DNA from: Balanoglossus misakiensis
Lineage: Eukaryota; Animalia; Hemichordata
Reading direction: 5' to 3'
Length of the DNA stretch: 64,000 nucleotides
NCBI GenBank assembly: GCA_040954595.2
Contig: CM082589.2
Coordinates: 10,304,894 to 10,368,893, forward strand
Shown: in pieces, positions 58,501 through 64,000 of the stretch
Position numbering within the stretch: position 1 is the stretch's first letter
Layout of the letters: each line of letters opens with the position of its first letter
The notes under the pieces: generated by a model
What the model saw: only the letters and a program-made list of their open reading frames with translations
Told to the model about the DNA's origin: nothing
Databases searched by the model: none
Position numbers and translations under genes: made by a program

Positions 58501-60063
58501 CTTTCGACTTTGCAAAATCTCAAAATTTCGTCGATTTTTGAAAAAAAATCATGGGTGAAAATCATCAAAAAATGACAAATTTTCGTCTTTGCAAAATCTC
58601 AAAATTTCGTCCATTTTTGAATAAAAATCATGGGTAAAAATAATCAAAAATGACAAATTTTCGTCTTTGCAAAATCTCAAATTTTCGTCGATTTTTGAAA
58701 AAAAATCATGGGAGAAAATCATCAAAAAATGACAAATTTTCGACTTTGCAAAATCTCAACATTTCGTCGATTTTTGAAAAAAATCATGGGTGAAAATCAT
58801 CAAAAAATGACAAATTTTCGACTTTGCAAAATCTCAACATTTCGTCGATTTTTGAAAAAAATCATGGGTGAAAATCATCAAAAAATGACAAATTTTCGAC
58901 TTTGCAAAATCTCAACATTTCGTCGATTTTTGAATAAAAATCATGGGTAAAAATCATCAAAAATGACAAATTTTCGTCTTTGCTATATCTCAAAATTTCG
59001 TCGGTTTTTGAAAAATAATATGGGTGAAAATCATCAAAAAATGACAAATTTTCGACTTTGCAAAATCTTAAAATTTCGTCGATTTTTGAAAAAAATCATC
59101 AAAAAATGACAAATTTTCGACTTTGCAAAATCTCAAAATTTCGTCAATATTTGAAAAATTCATGGGTAAAAATCATCAAAAAATGACAAATTTTCGTCTT
59201 TGCTAAATCTCAAAATTTCGTCGGTTTTTGAAAAATAATATGGGTGAAAATCATCAAAAAATGACAAATTTTCGACTTTGCAAAATCTCAAAATTTCGTC
59301 CATTTTTGAAAAAAAATCATGGGTAAAAATCATCAAAAAATGACAAATTTTCGTCTTTGCAAAATCTCAAAATTTCGTCCATTTTAAAAAAAAAACATGG
59401 GGGAAAATCATCAAAAAATGACAAATTTTCGACTTTGCAAAATCTCAAAATTTCGTCGATTTTTGAAAAAAAATCATGGGTGAAAATCATCAAAAAATGA
59501 CAAATTTTCGTCTTTGCAAAATCTCAAAATTTCGTCCATTTTTGAATAAAAATCATGGGTAAAAATAATCAAAAATGACAAATTTTCGTCTTTGCAAAAT
59601 CTCAAATTTTCGTCGATTTTTGAAAAAAAATCATGGGAGAAAATCATCAAAAAATGACAAATTTTCGACTTTGCAAAATCTCAACATTTCGTCGATTTTT
59701 GAAAAAAATCATGGGTGAAAATCATCAAAAAATGACAAATTTTCGACTTTGCAAAATCTCAACATTTCGTCGATTTTTGAAAAAAATCATGGGTGAAAAT
59801 CATCAAAAAATGACAAATTTTCGACTTTGCAAAGTCTCAACATTTCGTCGATTTTTGAAAAAATCATGGGTGAAAATCATCAAAAAATGACAAAATTTTC
59901 GACTTTGCAAAATCTCAAAATTTCGTCGATTTTGAAAAAAATCATAGGTTCGTCGATTTTTTAAAAAAAAACATGGGTGAAAATCATCAAAAAATGACAA
60001 ATTTTTGACTTTGCAAAATCTCACAATTTCGTCGATTTTCGTCCATTTAAAAAAAAAATCATG
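55525..60063 (+). repeat. 78-bp satellite array, segment 3 (array edge, more variant monomers)
   Basis: Same monomer; last recognisable bases are AAAAAAAATCATG at 60063, after which unrelated higher-GC sequence begins. Confidence 0.99.
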
Positions 60064-61259
60064 TAGGTAACATTGCGATCAACGGCATAATGTTACCCAA
60101 TTAAGCAACTCGAAAAGGGGCGCCCTCAACCTCAAACGAGCCTCAAAAATCCCATAATCCATCACTCACGGCCACTTCAAGGGTTCGGAGCGTGTCCTGC
60201 AGTGCTCGCTCTCTCTGCCTCAATTTCAATTTCTCACCGTTATTATGGAGAACGCTGAACAACAGCTGCTGGATTTGGGAATAGAGCCCAGTCCAGTCGC
60301 CAAAAAGGGACCTGCAACTCGCAGTAAGACTACGACAAGAGCATCGACCGGTCGAAAAGTTCGCGTGGTCCCCCCCCCACCAAACTTTCCAAAGTACCAA
60401 TGGCGTCAGCTCGTTCGAAAGGCGGGAAATGTAGCAAACCTGTCAAGGAAGAAGACACTTCATCTGACGGGGAAGATGTGAGGTCAGAGAAAGAGAAGTT
60501 GCAGGCGGAGATAGCGAGACTGCAGGAGCAATCTGAAGTAGACAATTTAAGAAAACAACTAAAAGAAATGAAACTGGAGAAGGAACGACGCAGCCCGCCA
60601 GCCGCTTCGAGCGGAAGTCCCAGAAGTCACGACCTGAGTCAACTCACGCTACCCGATCTCAAGAGGATGGCGAAAGAAGACTCACAATTGCAGTGGTCGT
60701 TACCATCAGGCAGTCCGTGGCTACCAGCGACAGGGGCCGCTGGCGGCGGTGAAGACCTCCAACCGAACCAACTCCTGGCACAGTCCGGTTTATACACAGC
60801 AGCGCAGAGCAAAGCAGGTAACGTACCAATGAAATCGATGCGGTTCAACACCAGAACCGATCGTGTGCGACAGCACGTCCTATGGCCGCACATGTTCGTC
60901 AGGGCTCGGACATTCTCGGGCGCCCCACCAAAATTCGATGATATGTCAATGGCGGAATTTGTGGAAGGTAATCTCGCGATAGTGCAACTTCCTACTTTGA
61001 GTGACACAGAGAAACAGCAGCGATTACAACACTTACAGTCGCTTATGAAAGACGCCAATTTGTTCCCCTGGGACGCCATCTTGAAGTTCGAGGGCGCGCT
61101 CCTCTCTGACATGGAGTCAGGACTCAGAACATGGGCAAATGACACCGCAGATCTGAGAGAGCTATATTTGCTGCCGCGTATCGGCAAGATCAGACGGGAT
61201 AAAACAGCGGACAAATCCAAAAAGAAGGATCAGATTAATGTATGTTTCAAATACCAAAG
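60064..61259 (+). mobile_element. 5' part of a putative tyrosine-recombinase retrotransposon (DIRS/Ngaro/PAT-like), interrupted by a Gypsy insertion
   Basis: Intronless gag-like ORF directly abutting the satellite, with a 9-bp inverted repeat at its left end. No RT, RNase H or YR sequence is visible in the window, so the class rests on protein motif recognition only. Confidence 0.5.
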
Positions 61260-61284
61260 TGTAACGGCCTTGTTGATCCATTGA
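60400..61284 (+). pseudogene. Gag-like ORF1 of a putative DIRS/Ngaro-type element; truncated by LTR insertion; may really start at 60245 via a frameshift
   Basis: 294-aa ORF with N-terminal coiled coil (EKEKLQAEIARLQEQSEVDNLRKQLKEMK) and the pattern WPH...FDDMSMAEFVEG...RLQHLQSLMKDA..FPWDAIL.F...LL.DMESG...W, which I recognise from ORF1 proteins of animal YR retrotransposons. It stops after CFKYQ (probable start of a Cys/His finger); the last residues VTALLIH* are LTR-derived. Confidence 0.6.
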
Positions 61285-61426
61285 ATTTGTATACATGTAT
61301 ATCTGTATGTATGTTATACCTGTATCTTATAGTAATTAGTTATTCAATTATTCATATGACGTAATAGTACTTACCTTCAATTGGTTGATCTTAATTATAT
61401 GCAAACCACCTGGAAGTTTCATTTGA

Positions 61427-61503
61427 CCAATGAACACAAGCTAATCTGGCACTATGATGTAATGGCTGATATAAAAGGACATGGTGCATAAAATTGGTCA
61501 GTT
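61427..61503 (+). promoter_or_regulatory. Pol II core promoter in LTR: CCAAT box, TATA box, initiator
   Basis: CCAAT 61427-61431, TATAAAAG 61470-61477, TCAGTT initiator 61498-61503 with the A at 61500, 30 bp from the TATA start (canonical spacing). Confidence 0.7.
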
Positions 61504-61818
61504 CACCTCTGTAGCCAGACCGGCCACACACGTTGGAACTGACATGTATTTGTTCCATTTCAGGTTAGTTTCCTTGTACCTTACCTGTTGCTTGAAGCTT
61601 TGTATTTTGGTGCATTCTACCGACTCATTTCAGCACAAGTAATTGGTGTCTTTAACTTGCGTCAATTTTCCAATTGTATGTCTATATTTTTCACTTGCAT
61701 GAATTTTGGTGTATTCTGTTGGAGGTGAACTCCCATACATGTGTGTAATTTAGCAGTTCACCTCTGTAGCCAGACCGGCCACACACGTTGGAACTGACAT
61801 GTATTTGTTCCATTTCAG
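61499..61818 (+). repeat. Two identical 65-bp direct repeats within the LTR (61499-61563 and 61754-61818)
   Basis: CAGTTCACCTCTGTAGCCAGACCGGCCACACACGTTGGAACTGACATGTATTTGTTCCATTTCAG occurs twice, offset 255 bp. Confidence 0.97.
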
Positions 61819-61820
61819 TT

Positions 61821-61826
61821 ATTAAA
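61821..61826 (+). terminator. Candidate LTR polyadenylation signal ATTAAA
   Basis: ATTAAA followed by GT/T-rich sequence (TATGTCTTTGTT, TGTTTGGTGTG), about 75 bp before the LTR end. Confidence 0.5.
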
Positions 61827-61903
61827 TGTAAGGCCTATGTCTTTGTTACCCGTAACCTGTTTGGTGTGAATATGTTGGAATGAACGGCGACAACCGTGAC
61901 AAA

Positions 61904-61922
61904 TGGCGTAGTCGGCAGGATT
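61904..61922 (+). promoter_or_regulatory. Primer binding site complementary to the 3' end of tRNA-Ser (AGA/TGA type)
   Basis: TGGCGTAGTCGGCAGGATT is the reverse complement of AATCCTGCCGACTACGCCA, the conserved 3' end of metazoan tRNA-Ser(AGA) including CCA; it lies 2 nt after the LTR terminal CA. Confidence 0.9.
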
Positions 61923-62973
61923 TGGCAATTCCTACGCAAGTTCTTGTTTCGGGACGGAGAGGATGATACTGACAAGTGCCATGTTTTAACTGGTCAGAAG
62001 TGTCTGGACAACGGACAACGCCCAACCAGGTGTGTCTTTCGCTGAGCTGGACGTCCTTGGGGAGCCACCCGGACTGCAGACAGACGGGAGCCAGGTCCAA
62101 GCGTCAACGCGAGGAAAATTCTCTGCAGAGTGCCAAGTGGTGAAGTCGCTGAACTGTTACCGGCCGGAACTGTTTAGTGTGAAGTGTTCATCGCGGTATA
62201 CAAGGTATTGTGTGTCCAGAACTTGACAGTGTTATTCCGTGCGAACTATAGACAGTGCGCATAAATTCCGTCCGTGGCGCATAGTTTCCATCTGTGATAA
62301 CTTCGGACTTGAACTTGTGGACTGGGTATTTTATTGCAAACGAACTTTCTGGTTATTCGCCGTAGAACCTGGTGTAACGTAATGTTTGTAAATTTTTCTT
62401 AGAAATTTCAATATTGTCTATATAATGCAATGTGGTCAAAGTAGTTTTGACTTTGATTTAATTGTTGAAGTGGGCTCCATGTGGATATAAACCCCTGTTT
62501 TGTTGCCTTTAGCCTGCTTTAAACGAAAAAAAATATATATATAAATTGTATTTTCTTTCAACAGTATATTTTGGTTAAGTGCTGAAGTATAATTTTCTTT
62601 GTAAATTTCAGTTCATTATTTTCCAAACGACGTGGAAAAAAAAAAAAATTTCAGCACTTGTTGAAAAAAAAAATATTAAGTTATAAGTTAAATATTGTAT
62701 ATTGACTTGAGTTAGTTTATTATTGTATTAGTTATTTAGTTGTTTCATTATTATTGAGACTGTCCATGAATGGTCGTATTCATCCAAATCATACATTAGT
62801 CTATAGAACCTTTGGCAGTGTCTGTAAGCTATTCTATGCTTATTTCATTCCCTGTTAACGTATGTGCTATGCCAGTAGATACTGATATTATTGTTAAGAT
62901 TTTCCAGTGAAATAGCTTGCATTGCATCGTATTTAACGACACGTCAGAGTCCTCCCAAATTGCCTCTCATTTT

Positions 62974-64000
62974 ATGGAGAGAAAAAAAATGGCTGTGTCC
63001 AAAATATCAATTCAAGAGCGAAGCATTTATGTGCAACACTTGCCTTTTGAATGTACAAAGAAACATTTTAGAGAATTTATCGAGTTACAGCTTGGTTTGG
63101 CCCAGGTTGATCAAATTTATATTTCTGATAAAGATTCCGCTTTAGTCATATTTGAGAATATAGAATCAGCCACAGCCGCTCTGCCAGTAATACATAAAAG
63201 CACTTTTGAAGAAAGCAAATTACGGGCAAGTCGTGTGACCACAGCCCGAGGGTTGGAACTGTGGCATTTAATTGAGGAAACCGAACAAAGTACTGGCCTA
63301 GATTACAATGAAACCAGTGATCCCAAGACATCCAAACCCAAAGCAGATGTACAGGAAATTATTAACATGTTGAGTTTACTGTCTGAAGCAGATAGGAAAG
63401 CGGTTGCACAGGCCATATCACCTGCTCCACTGAAACCAATCGTATCAACCCCTATGCCACAGCCGATTCCATTTCCAGCATTTCCAGTACCAACTTCAGT
63501 TGCAGATTCTTCACCATTTATTATGTCTTCACCTGCCCAAGCAGCTGCTGCACAGCCAGCCACAGCCACTACTGCTTTTCACTCGGTGGAATTCCCAAGA
63601 ATAGTCGTCTTCTCTGGCAAAGGTGATGTCACTTATGAAATGTGGCGATATGAAGTTCGAGCACTACAGAGGGAGAATGTGTTTCCGGAGACCATAATTA
63701 TGCAGGCTGTTCGGAAATCCCTACGAGCGTCCGCTGCTGAAGTCCTACTACATATGGGAGAAGACATCACAGTGTCCCGATTGATGGCGAAGATGGACAT
63801 GGTCTTTGGGAAAGTATTGCCACCGGAAGCAGTTTTGGAAAAATTCTATACAGCACGACAAACGAAGACAGAAAAGGTAGCAGAATGGGCCTGTCGCATC
63901 GAAGGACTTTTGGATGAACTCAGATCAGGTCAGTCCATCTCTAGTAATTCAGAAGAAACCATGCTTCGAACCAAATTCTTTTCTGGCCTGTCAGATGAGC
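62974..64000 (+). CDS. gag: Gypsy Gag (N-terminal RRM-like domain, Pro/Ala-rich linker, PNMA-like capsid domain); 3' incomplete
   Basis: Translated by hand; open for 342 codons to the window edge and absent from the ORF track. MERKKMAVSKISIQERSIYVQHLPFECTKKHFREFI...DSALVIFENIESATAAL...PAPLKPIVSTPMPQPIPFPAFPVP...FPRIVVFSGKGDVTYEMWRYEV...IMQAVRKSLRASAAEVL...EKFYTARQTKTEKVAEWACRIEGLL...MLRTKFFSGL. In-frame stop upstream at 62908-62910; alternative start at 62989 (AAAATGG). Confidence 0.92.
   Translation, partial: MERKKMAVSKISIQERSIYVQHLPFECTKKHFREFIELQLGLAQVDQIYISDKDSALVIFENIESATAALPVIHKSTFEESKLRASRVTTARGLELWHLIEETEQSTGLDYNETSDPKTSKPKADVQEIINMLSLLSEADRKAVAQAISPAPLKPIVSTPMPQPIPFPAFPVPTSVADSSPFIMSSPAQAAAAQPATATTAFHSVEFPRIVVFSGKGDVTYEMWRYEVRALQRENVFPETIIMQAVRKSLRASAAEVLLHMGEDITVSRLMAKMDMVFGKVLPPEAVLEKFYTARQTKTEKVAEWACRIEGLLDELRSGQSISSNSEETMLRTKFFSGLSDE

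Larger units (their letters stand above)
61260..61901 (+). repeat. 5' long terminal repeat, 642 bp
   Basis: Starts TGTAACGG and ends CCGTGACA (8-bp terminal inverted repeat, 1 mismatch); right end is fixed by the adjacent PBS, left end by the abrupt break of the upstream ORF and the compositional shift. The partner LTR is outside the window. Confidence 0.85.
61260..64000 (+). mobile_element. Ty3/Gypsy LTR retrotransposon, 5' portion (LTR, PBS, leader, gag); continues beyond window
   Basis: TG...CA LTR, PBS 2 nt downstream, and a gag ORF with a PNMA-like capsid domain, all co-oriented. Confidence 0.92.

Noticed and set aside
1-60063. Well over a hundred short ORFs on both strands (MGENHQKMTNFRLCKISKFRRFLKKI repeats etc.)
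   Set aside because: They result from a 78-bp period with a stop-free frame; A-run length changes shift frames every few units with no sign of frame preservation.
1-60063. CRISPR-like array
   Set aside because: No unique spacers and no cas genes; units are contiguous and the context is eukaryotic.
1-60063. CENP-B box in the monomer (TTCG and GGG present)
   Set aside because: The required TTCG-N4-A-N2-CGGG spacing is not present in the consensus.
60062-60240. TGTAGG at 60062 as the start of another LTR
   Set aside because: No matching CA end with a PBS before the ORF, and the TG overlaps the satellite CATG.
60143-61220. Minus-strand ORFs 60143-60400, 60330-60545, 60639-61220
   Set aside because: Antisense shadows of the plus-strand gag-like ORF; no recognisable motifs.
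61904-61922. tRNA-Ser gene on the minus strand
   Set aside because: Only the 3'-terminal 19 nt including CCA match; this is a PBS, not a gene.
61846-63569. Track ORFs 61846-62100, 62032-62226, 62891-63145, 63146-63331, 63303-63569
   Set aside because: Short, motif-less, and either in the leader or overlapping the real gag in another frame or strand.
62974-64000. Domesticated host PNMA gene
   Set aside because: It is preceded by an intact LTR and PBS and inserted into another element, so it is a retrotransposon gag.

Overview
Eukaryotic (animal, probably marine invertebrate) heterochromatin-type window. Bases 1-60063 are one head-to-tail AT-rich satellite array with a 78-bp monomer (CATGGGTGAAAATCATCAAAAAATGACAAATTTTCGACTTTGCAAAATCTCAAAATTTCGTCGATTTTTGAAAAAAAT). 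The array is interspersed with ~28-bp deletion-derived units and organised in nested duplications from about 0.6 kb to 32 kb. It is interrupted twice (30326-31831, 54031-55524) by near-identical 1.5-kb non-autonomous Helentron/HINE (DINE-1-like) elements. Each has subterminal inverted repeats, hairpins, a tetranucleotide microsatellite and ~4 internal 238-bp repeats carrying nuclear-receptor half-site arrays. The satellite ends abruptly at 60063 against a putative tyrosine-recombinase (DIRS/Ngaro-like) retrotransposon gag-like ORF. That ORF is cut at 61259/61260 by a Ty3/Gypsy LTR retrotransposon: 642-bp LTR, 19-nt tRNA-Ser PBS, long leader, and an open gag from 62974 to the window end with an N-terminal RRM and a PNMA-like capsid domain (missed by the ORF track). 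All ORFs within the satellite are artefacts of the 78-bp (26-codon) period. I see no evidence of a host gene or of a clearly new molecular system. The most notable items are the RRM-Gag, the LTR-internal duplication bounded by splice signals, and the nuclear-receptor-motif HINEs inside the satellite. Family assignments are from pattern recognition, not database searches.
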